Source: Felis catus
Taxonomy: Eukaryota
Reading direction: 5' to 3'
Length of the DNA stretch: 64,000 bases
NCBI RefSeq assembly: GCF_018350175.1
Contig: NC_058368.1
Location: 228,596,001-228,660,000, forward strand
A program made the translations under genes and the position numbers. Every line of letters starts with the position of its first letter. The stretch's first letter is position 1. The notes under the pieces were generated by a model, which saw only the letters and a list, made by a program, of their open reading frames with translations, searched no databases and had not been told where the DNA came from. Below, piece by piece: positions 1 through 12,601 of this stretch.

Positions 1-430
1 CACCCCAAAGAAGACAATTCAAAATCCAAATCTAGTCATAGGGTGGATCTGAAATTACAGGATCTTTGGGTTGATGTGCAATTGTCTTCACATCAGGTGA
101 GAATGTGGTTCCTCTCAATCCAGTGATTTATGGACTAAAAAGGCAAATTACTCACATTAAACCATGGGAGACTGAGAATGGGATTACTGTAAGAAACATT
201 CACATTCAAAGAGGGGAAGGGTGTGACACCCATAGTCGTTAGTCACCAGCCCATTCTGAAGTTCTCTGGACAGAAGTGGTAAGCATCCTCAACCCTGGTG
301 ACTGATGGTAGGTGCTGTTTGAACAGACCCTGGTTTTGTTCTCCCCAGGAAAGGTTTCCCAGTTGTTTGTTGTCTGTGGCTCAGAAGGTCCTCCCTTTCT
401 TTATCCTGATTTCTCTTGGACTCATTTCTC
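1..430 (-). mobile_element. MaLR (MLT1-type) internal region fragment
   Basis: Reverse complement (…ccttttttagtccataaatcactggattgagaggaacc…) resembles the MLT1-int 3' part seen on + at 34600-34730. It appears to continue at 3106-3680 beyond the L1. Confidence 0.55.
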
Positions 431-640
431 TTGGTTCCTGGAAACCATCATTTGCTGTTTCTGGGTTTGTTTGTTTGTTTGTTTGTTTTGTTTTGTTTTT
501 AGATTTTCATGTAAGTGATAGCATGCAGTATTTGGCTTTCTCTGTCTGACTTATTTAACTTAGCATAATATCCTCAACGTCTAGCCATGCAGTCACAAAT
601 GACAAAACTTCCTTCTTTCTCATAGTTGAGTAATATTCCA

Positions 641-1146
641 TTATATATATTATATATAAGTATAATATAGATAATACATTATATATATAATATATATATT
701 ATATATATAATATATAACATATATTATATATTATATATATACTTATATATATAATATATAACATATATATATAAGTATATTTATATATATTATATATATA
801 ATGTATTATATATATACTTATATATATAATATATATTATATAAGTATATATATTAAATATTATTAAATATATATTAAATATATACATTAAATATATATAT
901 TATATATATAATGTATTATATATATATACTTATAAGTATATATATAAGTATATATATAAGTATACTTATAAGTATATATATATATATAAGTCTACATATA
1001 AGTATATATATATATAAGTATATATAAGTATATATATATAATATGTATATAATATATATTATATATATATACACACATACATATATATGTGTGTGTGTAT
1101 ATATTATATATAAGTAAAATGTGTGTGTGTGTGTATGTGTGTATAC
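641..1146. repeat. Long imperfect (TA)n/(TG)n low-complexity tract inside L1
   Basis: About 500 bp of nearly pure alternating T/A, ending in (TG)n. Confidence 0.95.
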
Positions 1147-1309
1147 ATCCATACATGGACGCTTAGGTTGTATCAGCATCTTAGCTATTTTGAATAATGC
1201 TGCAATGAACACAGGAGTGCAGATATCTCTTTGGGAACCTGATTTCATTTCCTTTGGATATATACTCAGAAGTACGATTGCTGAATCTTATGGTCATTCT
1301 ATCTTTAAT

Positions 1310-1391
1310 CTGTATGTCCAACGTGTGGCTGAAACTCACGACCCTGAGATCAAGAGTTGCATGCTCTACCCACTGAGCCAGCCAGGCACCC
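1310..1391 (-). mobile_element. Short CanSINE (tRNA-derived head only)
   Basis: Ends in ctgagccagccaggcaccc. Flanked by TSD tctatctttaat (1298-1309) / tctatttttaat (1392-1403). Confidence 0.8.
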
Positions 1392-3105
1392 TCTATTTTT
1401 AATTTTTTGAAGCACCTCTATACTATTTTACATTTTAGCTGCACCAATTTACATTCTCTCTATAAATGTAAGAGGGTTCCTTTTCCTCCACACCCTCACC
1501 AATACCTGCTATCTCATGCCTTCCTTTTACAATAGCCACTCTACGAAGTGTAAAGTAATATATCATTGTGGTTTTGAGTTTCTTTTCTCTGATTGTTAGT
1601 AATGTTGCACACCTTTTCATGTACCTCTTGGCCATTTGTATACTTTCTTTGGAAAGATGTCTATTCAGAACCATTGCCCATTTTTAACTTAGAATTTTTT
1701 TTTTTTTTACTATTGATTTGTATGAGTTATTTCTGTGTTTTGAATATTAACCCCTTTCAGATACATGATTTGCAAATATGTTCTCCCATTTTATAGTTGC
1801 CTTTCACTTTGTTAATTATTTCTTTTGCTATGCAGAAGCTTTTAGTTTTATCCAATCTCACATATTTTTGCTTTTGTTGTTGTTTATGCTTTTAGTGTCC
1901 ATATCCAAAAAAAAAAAAAAAAAAAAAAGGTTGCCAAAACCAATGTCAAGGAGATTTTACCCTATCATTTCTTCTAGGAATTTTAAGATTCATATGTTTA
2001 AGTTTTTAATTCATTTCCAGTTAATATTTGTGAGTGGTATAAAATAGGGGTCAAATTTCATTCTTCTACATATGGTTATCCAGTTTTCCAAACGCTAGTT
2101 ATTGAAGAGACTATCTTTCTAGCATTGGGTATTCTTGACTCCATTGTCAATACTAGCTGAGCTTATGTGTGGGTTTCCCTCTGGGTTATCAATTCTGTTC
2201 CATTTTTATGCCAGTACCATACTGTTTTGATTGCTATAGCTTTGTAATGTAGTCTGAAGTCAGGAAATGTGATATCTGTGGCTTTGTTCTATCTCAGGAT
2301 TCCTTTGACTATTCGTTTGCTTATTCTCTTGTGTTTTCATACAAATTTTAGTATTTTTTTTTCTATTTCTGTACAAAATGCCACTGAATTTTGAAAAGGA
2401 GTGCATTGAATCTATACATAGCTTTGGGCAGCATGGGTATTTTCACAATATTAATTCTTCCAATTCATAAACATGGGATATCTATCCATTGATTTGTGCC
2501 TTCTTCTATTTCTTTAATCAATATCTTACAGTTTTCAGTGATCTGATCTTTTACTTCCTTGGTTAAATTTATTTTTAAGTATTTTATTATTTTTGATGCT
2601 ATTGTAAATGGAATTATTTTCTTTATTTTATTTTCAAATATTTCATTATTAGTGTATAGAAATGCAACTGATTTCTGTATGCTGGTTTTTTTATCTTATA
2701 ATTTTGTTAAATTTGTTTATTAAGTCTAACAGTTTTGGGTTTAGTTTTTAGGACTTTATATGAGATTATATCATTTACAAACAGAGATGATTTTACTTCT
2801 GATTTGGATGTCTTTATTTGTTTATTTTTCTTGCTTAATTGCTTGGCCAGGACTTTCAGTATTATACTGAACAGGAGTAATAAAAGTGGGCATGCTTTCC
2901 TTGATTCCGATCTTAGAGAAAAAGCTTTTAACCTTTCAACACTGGCTATGATATTAGCTGTGGGCTTGTAATATATGGTCTTTTATTGTGTTGAGGTACA
3001 TTACTTTTACTGCATATACAACTTATTGAGATTTTTTTTAATCATTAAAGTATATTGTCAAATGCATTTCTGTTTATTGATTTGATCATATGATTTTATC
3101 TTTCA

Positions 3106-3680
3106 TACCCACACTAATGTCCTTATCAAAGGGTCCCTTGACCACATTCTTAGTGTTTTCTGCCAAACATGCTTTCTCATTTTTTTTTCTTTTTTGCAAT
3201 ATGGATAGCTGAATTTTCCCTATATTTTAAGTTCTGTTTCCCTTTTAATTAACAATTTTGTCTTTAAATTATTTCTCTCTTCTCAGACTTTATGATAAAC
3301 ATTCAAGAGAAACCAGGAAGCTTTTTCTATACTTTGCTTAGAAATTTTCTCAGCCAAATATTCAGTTGTATTGCTCACAAGTTCTTCCTTCCACAAAACA
3401 CTAGGACACAAACCCAATTCAGCCAAGCTCATTGCCACTTTATATCAAGAATTGCCTTTCCTTCAGTTTCCAACAATCTGTTCCTTATTTTCATTTGAGA
3501 CCCTATTAGAATGGCCTTAACCATCCATCTTTCTACCAACATTCTGTTCATGACTACTGAGAGAATCTACTTATTCCCTAAGAAGATTGTTTCTCTGCAA
3601 ATCTTCCTTTTTCTTCCCTGAGCCCTCAGCAGAATTGCTTTTAATGGTTTGTTCATGGTAATGAGGCTTTTTCTAACATG
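3106..3680 (-). mobile_element. MaLR (MLT1-type) internal region fragment
   Basis: Resembles antisense MLT-int (…ttagaaattttctcagccaaatattcagtt…, …gccactttatatcaagaattgcctttccttcagtttccaac…). Confidence 0.55.
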
Positions 3681-3683
3681 GAA

Positions 3684-5410
3684 CCTATATATCTGAAAAG
3701 GGGCTACTATCCAGAGTGTATAAATAATTCCTACAACTTATTAACAAAGGCCAAATAACTCAATTAAAAAATGGGGAAATGACACGAATAGACATTTCTT
3801 CAAAGCAGGTATACAGATGGCCAACAAATGTTAAAAACAGGAGACGTGCATCATCACCGATCATCAGGGAAGTGCAAATCAAACCCACAATGAAATATCA
3901 CCTTCTACCATTAGGATAACCCCTATAAAAAAAAAAAAAACAAGAACAAAACAGAAAATAACAAGTTTTAAAAAGATTAACCCTTGTACACTTTCAGGGG
4001 GAATATAAAAAATGGTGTGGTCACTATGGAAAGCAGTATGAAGGTTCATCGAAACTAAAACTAGGCTGTGATATAATGCAATAATTCCACTTCAGTGTAT
4101 GTATACAGAAGAATGGAAAGAAGACAATGAGTAAAGATTTGCACATCCATGTTCACTGGTGTCATAGACTCTAAGTCTAAAGTTGTCTTTTGGCCAGCAG
4201 CAGGAGAGCAGACTCAGGATTAAAAGCGAGGGATGGCTAATGTCCAGGAAAAGACAAGAGCCCCCGAATAAGGGTCCTTGCCCATATTTATTAAGATCAG
4301 AAAGCCTACAAATGTGATGGGCATGCACAAAGAGACAATCGGTGAACATTAACTAATGGGCATGAGGGTAAAGGGGGTTTTGAAGACATACAATGTTTGG
4401 GGTTTGGGTCAATATTAAACCAAATCCTGGCACCAGACAGATGGGCAGATGGTTGTTAATGGCAGACAGAGGCACCACCTCTGCGTATCTTAGCTAGCCT
4501 AGGGGATAAGACAGATAAGGGAAACAACCCCAGGGTTAACAAGGCATCTTTTCTTTTGCTAATCAGCTCTGCTCTGGGCAGCTTCACCTGCAGTGAGGTG
4601 GTCTGTCTATAGCCCTATATATACCTGTTCACCTAATTTGGTCCTTCCCTCCTGTGAAAGCAGCTTTCTGCTATAGTACTAAATCGGGGAGCACTTTTGC
4701 CCTGAATACCTAATCTTGCTTACCCCATATTCCTATGTATTTGGGGCCTTTGCCCCCCTCTCTTTTCTGGGCCTTTGTCCCTCCCCTCTCCATTCTGGGG
4801 GCCCTGGCTCCTCCCCACTTTATTCTGGGGGCCTTTGCCCCTCCCTATTTTATTCTGGAAGTCTTATCTTGTTTACTCAAGCTTGGGTGAGAGCATCCTA
4901 TGGCTTTGTAATGCTTTATGCCTTGTTAACCCATTGTTGTAAGCCCAGGGAATTTCTAAGCTTATTCCTCACACACTGGTATTTTATTCACAGTAGCCAA
5001 GAAATGGAAGCCATCTAAGTATACATCAACAGATAAATGGATAAGATTCATGGATAAAATATGGTATATACAAAAAATGGAATACTATTTAGCCTTAAAT
5101 AGAAGGAAATCCTGTTACATGCTACAGCATAAATGAACTCTAAAGACATCATGCTAAGTGAAATAAAGCAGACAAGACAAATATTGCATGATTTTATTTA
5201 TATGAAGTGTCTAAAGTCAAAACTCTTAGAAATAGAAAGTAGAATGGTGGCTACCTGGAGCCAAAGGAAGGGGATATGGGGAGTTGTTCAATATGTGTAG
5301 AATTTCAGCTCTGCGAGATAAAAATGTTCTAGAGATTTGTTGCTGAAACAGTAGTAAAAATGGTTAAGATGGTAAATTTTACGATACTGTTTTACCACAA
5401 TAAAAAAGAA
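3684..5410 (+). mobile_element. LINE-1 3' end (L1MA/L1MB-like), split by a solo LTR
   Basis: Sense L1 ORF2-end motifs (aatagacatttcttcaaagc…atacagatggccaaca; gaaggaaatcctgttacatgctacagcat). Ends tttaccacaataaaaaagaa. Confidence 0.85.
4160..4973 (-). mobile_element. Solo LTR with 6-bp TSD (class II/ERV-K-like)
   Basis: TG…CA termini and perfect TSD cactgg (4154-4159 / 4974-4979). Minus-strand TATA near 4616-4623 and AATAAA at 4292-4287. Confidence 0.85.
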
Positions 5411-7709
5411 TATTGGCATAGTGTTAATTTTTCCAGGAATAAGCGTTTTCTTTTCATTTTGTTTTGTTTTGGCCATTGTTTATTTATTTTCTTTCTTTCC
5501 TGGGAGAATTAGTCCTCTTGACTGAAAACGGTTTAAAGTTACTTCATCCTTTTGAACTAAAGGACCTCATACAATATCTCACAAGTTAATGATTATAAAT
5601 TTGTTGATTTGAATGTATCAAAGTAGGAGAAAGCTTAGAGTGTCCTCTGGTTATTTTGGTTTAATTGTCAATAATTTGAAGCAGAGTCTTTTAAAATTTT
5701 TTCTGCTCCTATTTCTACCTATTATTCCTCCACTAAAAATAATACAGGCAAACATAAGAACTAAGCCATGAAACTAGTATATGATAATTTACAGGCAGTG
5801 GATATCTGTGCAGGGCTTTGGGTCAATAAAAATGAGATTCAGAACCACATATGCAGACACCTACCGATGGGCCAGTCCGTGGAAGGAAAAGTAATAGATT
5901 TTGCCTATGTTTGCAAAAAATTGCTCATGTAAAGTACATGTCCCTTCCAAGCTTAATATCAGATGTTCTTTAAAACTGCAAAGCCGACACATTTTGACTT
6001 CAATTTAGTGGTTCTACAGTATACTTATCAAAATTAATATTGTCTTTACAACTTGTAGTGTTAATATAAAAAAAATTAGAAAATTTCCCATGAAATGGGC
6101 CGTCCTCCAGTCTATTTGAAGGGCATTCCCTTGCAACAGACATTCTTAATGTTTATGAATCATTTGTGACATAAATTGCATATATCTCCCAACTTCGTGA
6201 ACTGAATTTGGTAACAGTTGTAAAATAAATAACTGAAATGAAGATTTGCAAGCTAAGAGATCATCTTCAGAGTCCAAAGCTTGTTACTGTAGATGCTATT
6301 AAAATATAAATCTCTCTGTAAGAACAACTGCAAGAATAAATTTGAGTCAACACTTTAACATATGCCAGCTAATTAAATTATATTTTGGATTTTGCTTTAA
6401 GCACGTCTCACTTTTGTCATTCTAATGTACAATGCATTTTAATGGATGCATTAAAAATACTATCCTAGATCAAATTCATTTCCCACTTACTCTCTGGTTT
6501 TTCCTTTGCCAGAAATACCAAGATCACAATTTGGCAAAAAAAAAGTTCTTTGTTTTTTTTGTATCAAAATTTAGGACCATAACTTTGAAACTCACTTTTT
6601 TTTGTTGTTCAAAATAATATGTCTATAAAACATTTATCTTAATAGTTTTAGAACCTGTCTATTCTTTAAACTTATTCCTCCATACAGCACAAAAAGTTAA
6701 AATATTAAGTGATTTTATAAATAAAGTAGCCCTTCTCTTTGATCGACCTTCCACTGCAGTTGTTAAGCGTGAGTGCTGCTTTCTTAGTTTCTGTTTCTAT
6801 TTTTCTGTGTGGTTTTTAGTTTTTAATTTTATCCTTCTGTGTCTTCAAATTTGCTGGATGAAATATCTTAGCACAAAATATAAAGAGAATTCTAACATTT
6901 TTGACGCTTTTAATCTAGAAAAGCTAGAAAAATGATAACCAATTACTTTTACCATTTTTAATCAATTTATTATTTTTTTCTGCCATTACTTTGACAATAA
7001 GAGCATCTAAACCGCGCCCAATGTCAGCCATTCAACCCACTGGAAGGACACGACTATATCCCGAAGATGTAATTTTCACGTTATTACCTCCTGGCATCTT
7101 GAACTCTAGTGAATGATATTTAAGACTCAAAAATTGCTTTCAGAAAAGAATCCAAGTATGGTAGATTGGAGATGGCCATCCCCTCATGGTTCCTGTGTGG
7201 TCTGCTCTGCCTCAAGTTAGAGACAGTGAGAGGAAACACATAGATGACTCTACAGTTGCCCTTAGGTTTTTCACTGTTTTAAACACATGGTGACAATTAC
7301 CTTTGTGATAATGATTTAATCTGATGTGGGCAATAATGGTGTGCAAATGGCAAAAAGACCAGGGGTCTACTATTGATGTATAGTCATTATAGACTCAGGT
7401 TAGACAAATATGCAGGAAAGAAATGTAAGTTTTTGCATGATTTTTAATATATTTTGATTAGGGGTTTGGGCCAAAATTATTTTTACCTTTCCCCCAACCT
7501 GAGACCCACACACTCAGATGTTTTTGCTTCTCTATGGACTAGAGATGTGGGATGAAATCAAGTTGTAGTACATTCTAGCTCGACTATATGACTGAGTACG
7601 TTTATCTTTGGATGAACCATGAAATAGTTTTTAAATTCCAGATCAATGTACAAAACTGATCCATGTTTTAGCTCCCCCCACCTCCCACTTTTTTTCGTGG
7701 AAAGTGGAT

Positions 7710-7930
7710 TCATCCTGAAGTCAATCAGACTTTAAACTGAATCCCAGGTGCAATATTTACTACCTATATAATCTTGAGCAATGTGCTTTAATCTTACTGA
7801 GTCTCATTTTCTCTAGTAATAAACAAAGTTGGAAGAAGCATAACTTAGAGGATAGTGTAATTATTTTATGAGGTAAAGTATGTGAGAGTATCTAGTGTAA
7901 TATCTGTATGCAGTAAATACTTAATGGTCA
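7710..7930 (+). mobile_element. MIR SINE relic
   Basis: MIR core-like: tgaatcccagg…cttgagcaatgtgctttaatcttactgagtctcattttctc…tatgtgagagtatctag. Confidence 0.7.
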
Positions 7931-10465
7931 CTTCCTTTTCTCCTTTGCTTTCTTGCATCTAAATCATGTGTGAGAGGTGGCAGTGGTGATTAAGAGAGAA
8001 GCCCATGAGTTAGTCATCATTTCCATTTTGTTGGTTAATAGAGATTTAAAGAGAAGGCAAAATGCCGAGAAAAAAGGACTAGAAGAGTCATAGATTGGTG
8101 ATCTTATTCTGCCTCTACTATTAAAAATTTGGCTATTGTATATCTGGAATATCCCTATTTGTATAATGACAGTGCATGAATTAACATTCATAAAGTTATT
8201 ACAAATATCTTTTGTCTTTCACATAGTTATTTGCAAATAAAGAATATTTAACTTGACCTGAGTTTTTCACTTTTTAAGAAAGAATCACCAGTTATTAATT
8301 GGCTTAATAATGGCACCTTTGTTGGAATTCAAACAGATATTTGGAAAATAATAAGTTAGTGGATACATTTTTTGTTTTATAATTATTTGTTCATTCTACT
8401 TGTTTATCGCATGGAAGAGTTGATGTCTGGTAAGATTGTTTACTGACATCCTCTCCTAAGGAACTCCCCTTTGTCACCGACTATTCCACTTCATTGTGTC
8501 TTGCTAATGTTCCTACACTTGGGGTTCCCTTACTCACCTTGGCCACAGTACCTTTCAAACTTTTGGTTCTGAAGGAAGAAGGATAAAAATTTCTATCATT
8601 CAGTTCCCTGTTTCCTGCCATTAATGTTGATTAAAAGTCCCTAGGGCTAATGATTAATAGAGGTAGAGTGGCAAATGTTAAAGACGCATAGGGGTAAAAA
8701 CATTTCAATTGGAGCGCCAAATGATAAAGGTGTAGCCTGGTAGATTTAATATTGAACATCAGTGAATTTTCCCTTTTGCCTTTTCTGACCTGCTCTAATG
8801 GGAGCCATTCTTTCATTTTATCACTTATTTCCTGGTATCGGGGAGATGTCTTCATGTTCTGTGTTGCTCAGTATTTTGGAGGCAGGAAATTCTGGATAAA
8901 TAGCAAAGTTAATGCGGACTTCGGGTGAGTAGATTTGCTGAAACATGAAAGAGAAGAACCTGTTCCCTGAATGCTTCATTTAAGAATGTCATGCACTTCT
9001 GTAACTGAGTAGCTACACCCTTGCCCTCTCAAGTCTCTCAGATTGATAGCCTTTCCTAACGCGAACTTGTTATGATTGAAACTAAATAGTTGACATAATA
9101 TGCAGATATTAACACTTACTCAGAATTATTAACTGCTCCTATGAAGACTAAAATTATATACTCAGTAAATACAGAAACATTAAATTATAATAGCTTTGTA
9201 ACTAATATTTTCCTTCAGTTCCCTGTGTGAAATAATAATATGTAAAGTAAGTACAATTTATTTGCTCCCAGAGAAGCATTGTAAGGACCTTTTGAAGCCA
9301 GGAGTCCCATCTGCACTTCATAGATATGCAGTAATTTATTCCAGGGTTGTGTTCATGAAAATAAATGCAAATATCTTTTTCACCATGCATTTTTAACCTT
9401 GAAACAAAAGAAATAGAATACCGGTTCATCATGAGCCATAGGATTTGCTAGTTTGAGCAATGTATATTCTGTCACCTAATGAGATTGCCTTTCAAATACT
9501 GTGATGACACTTTGAAAAATAGAAATAAAGAGAAAAAGGTTGGGCCCAGAGAGCTGAGCAGAGCATGAGGGATTCCTGCAGGACTAATGGGAGAGTGTAA
9601 TTCGGCCCATCTTCCTTTCCAAGCAGCTTGATGGCTGAAGCCAAGGCTAATTAGGATCAATGATATCATCTTCAGAACAGTCCAAAGTGCTCCAAATAAA
9701 ACAAACAATAGTCAGAGAGAAGATTCCAAAGGGATAAATTCTATGTTAGTCCGGATGAGGTCTCAAAGATACCAAATCTTTGCCAGGGCATTTGGCTTTG
9801 TTTTTGAATTCTGTGCATGATAACCTGGCTCTTTCCATCTGCCTGGACCCTCCACAGTGCACCTTCGCACTGTAGGGGTTGAACATTCACTTAAAGGAGC
9901 CTAATATGTAGCGAAATAAAAATTATTCTAAAACCCAAGAGTTACATATCTGTTTGCCTTGAGTTAAGTTACTCAAGTAACTCGAAGCTACTGTTAGTAG
10001 TTCAAAGAGTAAGACGTGCCATAGGATGTTATAAACCCTGTGGTGATCTGGGCAGTGTAATTCTATTACTTGCAAGATAAAGAAATAAAAGAGTTTACTC
10101 AGCCAGTTTTGTGGAGCCCCCAACCAATCCAATTATCCAGCCAGTATTAAAAGTCACAGGATATAAAGGGTGTCCGATTCTGCAGTAGGTAGTCTGAAAT
10201 CCCACCAACAGCATTTAGAAGGACAAAATTAATTGAAAAGAGAAAAATCGACGAAGAAAAAGAAACAACAATGAGAAAGCGGCTTTCTTATCTTGCATCA
10301 AAAAACAAAAATCAAACAAACAAAAAAAAAACCCCTAAATGTTCTCCAGGGTTTTTCCTGGAGGGAAAGGGAGTTCCCCCTGCCCTCCCAGCAACACCTG
10401 TCAAAACCAAGATGGCATTTACCCAGTTAGGAAGAATGGTTAGTCCAAATTATTCCTATCCTGTC

Positions 10466-10483
10466 TGCTGCCACCTAGTGGTC
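10466..10483 (-). promoter_or_regulatory. Candidate CTCF-binding motif
   Basis: Minus strand reads GACCACTAGGTGGCAGCA, matching the core CCASYAGRKGGCRS at every position, in non-repetitive sequence. Confidence 0.6.
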
Positions 10484-10848
10484 TGTAAATACATAAATCA
10501 TTTCTTTAGTTCAAACCTTTCATTCTGCTGAACTACCTACATGGTCCCTCATTAAATGCTTACATTTTGAGACACCAGTGCAAATAAACAGTTTTGATGC
10601 GGTAAGAATAATTGGGGTAAGAAAAAAGGGCAGGTGTTTCCCATGGAAAAAGGGGCGGGGTGGTTGCAAAAAATAAAGACTGTTGGTGTTGTAAGTAACA
10701 GCTTGCCTATTCTGCACTTCTGAGCAGTGGGGCTTCTGACCACACCATTGTTCTCTCTAGATAAGCGCTTCTCAGTGTGAATGTGAGGCTGGAAGTGGTC
10801 TGCTGAAAAGATAAATATAAGCTTTAAGATAAGAGTTTAGAAAAAAAA

Positions 10849-11206
10849 TTTTTTTTACTTGAAGTTTTATTTTAATTCCAGTTATTTGAGATACAGTGTT
10901 ATATTAGTTTCAGGTGTACAATGTAGTAATTTAACAATTTCATACATCACCCTGTGTCCATCACGACAAGTGCACTCCTTAACCCTCATCATCAATTTAA
11001 CCCAGACCCCCCGTGCCTCTCCCCTCTGGTAACCCTCAAATTGCAACAACATAAATGGAGCTAAAGCATATTATGCTAAGTGAAGTAAGACAGAAAAAGG
11101 CAAATAACGTATGATTTCACTTATATGTGGAATTTAAGAAACAAAACCAGCAAAGGGAAAAATAAGAGGAAGTCAAAGCAAGAAAGAGATTCTTAATTAT
11201 AGAAAC
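10849..11206 (-). mobile_element. Short carnivore L1 3'-end insertion with 5' inversion
   Basis: Antisense L1 3'UTR at about 10849-11035 is joined to a sense piece at about 11040-11206 (ttgcaacaacataaatggagcta…ttcttaattatagaaac) from the adjoining upstream L1 region. Confidence 0.75.
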
Positions 11207-11265
11207 TTTTATAGCAATTTGATATTACTAAGACATTTAACATATGATCCGAGGACTTGTTCCTT

Positions 11266-12601
11266 TTTTTTAATATATGAAATTTATTGTCAAATTAGTT
11301 TCCATACAACACCCAGTGCTCATCCCTCTTCAATGCCCATCACCCACCCACCCCTCCCTCCCACCCCCCATCAACCCTCAGTTTGTTCTCAGTTTTTTTA
11401 AAAATTTTTTTAACATTTTATTTATTTTTGAGACAGAGAGAGACAGAGCATGAACAGGGGAGGGGTAGAGAGAGATGGAGACACAGAATCAGAAGCAGGC
11501 TCCAGGCTCTGAGCCATCAGCCCAGAGCCCGACGCGGGGCTCGAACTCCCGGACCGCAAGATCGTGACCTGAGCCGAAGTCGGACGCTCAACCGACTGAG
11601 CCACCCAGGCGCCCCTGTTCTCAGTTTTTAAGAGGCTCTTATGCTTTGGCTCTCTCCCACTCTAACCTCTTTTTTTTTTTTTTTCCTTCCCCTCCCCCAT
11701 GGGTTTCTGTTAAGTTTCTCAGGATCCACATAAGAGTGAAAACATATGGTATCTGTCTTTCTCTGTATGGCTTATTTCACTTAGCATCACACTCTCCAGT
11801 TCCATCCACGTTGCTACAAAGGGCCACATTTCATTTTTTCTCATTGCCACGTAATATTCCATTGTGTATATAAACCACAATTTCTTTATCCATTCATCAG
11901 TTGATGGACATTTAGGCTCTTTCCATAATCTGGCTATTGTTGAGAGTGCTGCTATGAACATTGGGGTACAAGTGCCCCTATGCATCAGTACTCCTGTATC
12001 CCTTGGGTAAATTCCTAGCTGGGTCATAGGGTAGGTCTATTTTTAATTTTTTGAGGAACCTCCACACTGTTTTCCAGAGCGGCTGTACCAGTTTGCATTC
12101 CCACCAACAGTGCAAGAGGGTTCCCGTTTCTCCACATCCTCTCCAGCATCTAGAGTCTCCTGATTTATTCATTTTGGCCACTCTGACCGGCATGAGGTGA
12201 TATCTGAGTGTGGTTTTGATTTGTATTTCCCTGATGAGGAGCGATGTTGAGCATCTTTTCATGTGCCTGTTGGCCATCCGGATGTCTTCTTTAGAGAAGT
12301 GTCTATTCATGTTTTCTGCCCATTTCTTCACAAGATTATTTGCTTTTTTGGGTGTGAAGTCTGGTGAGCTCTTTATAGAATTTGGATACTAGCCTTTTGT
12401 CCAATATGTCATTTGCAAATATCTTTTCCCATTCCGTCGGTTGCCTTTTAGTTTTGTTGATTGTTTCCTTTGCTGTGCAGAAGCTTTTTATCTTCATGAG
12501 GTCCCAATAGTTCATTTTTGCTTTGAATTCCCTTGCCTTTGGGGATGTGTCAAGTAAGAAATTGCTGTGGCTGAGGTCAGAGAGGTCTTTTCCTGCTTTC
12601 T
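11266..12601 (-). mobile_element. Young 5'-truncated feline-type LINE-1 (frameshifted ORF2 C-terminus)
   Basis: 16-bp TSD cgaggacttg(t/c)tcctt (11250-11265 / 12602-12617). ORFs 12336-12623, 11978-12331 and 11719-12027 give L1 ORF2 including the Cys-rich [29 protein letters not shown] motif. Confidence 0.95.
11398..11615 (-). mobile_element. CanSINE (SINEC_Fc-like) nested in the L1 3'UTR
   Basis: Full head, (CT)n and A-tail on the minus strand. Perfect TSD tgttctcagttttt (11384-11397 / 11616-11629). CpGs largely intact. Confidence 0.95.

Larger units (their letters stand above)
430..3105 (-). mobile_element. LINE-1 3' portion (decayed ORF2 plus proximal 3'UTR)
   Basis: Minus-strand ORFs give L1 ORF2 C-terminal motifs ([35 protein letters not shown]). 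Typical antisense L1 sequence throughout, interrupted by a (TA)n tract and a short SINE. Confidence 0.9.

Noticed and set aside
699..1248. Ile/Tyr-rich ORFs
   Set aside because: Translation artefacts of (TA)n. The same applies to Arg/Glu and Leu/Ser ORFs at 39173-39549.
8872..8924. 53-nt micro-exon (ctcag|…CGG|GTGAGT; YFGGRKFWINSKVNADF)
   Set aside because: The acceptor is weak, the peptide is unrecognised and no partner exon is evident. Such pairs occur often by chance.
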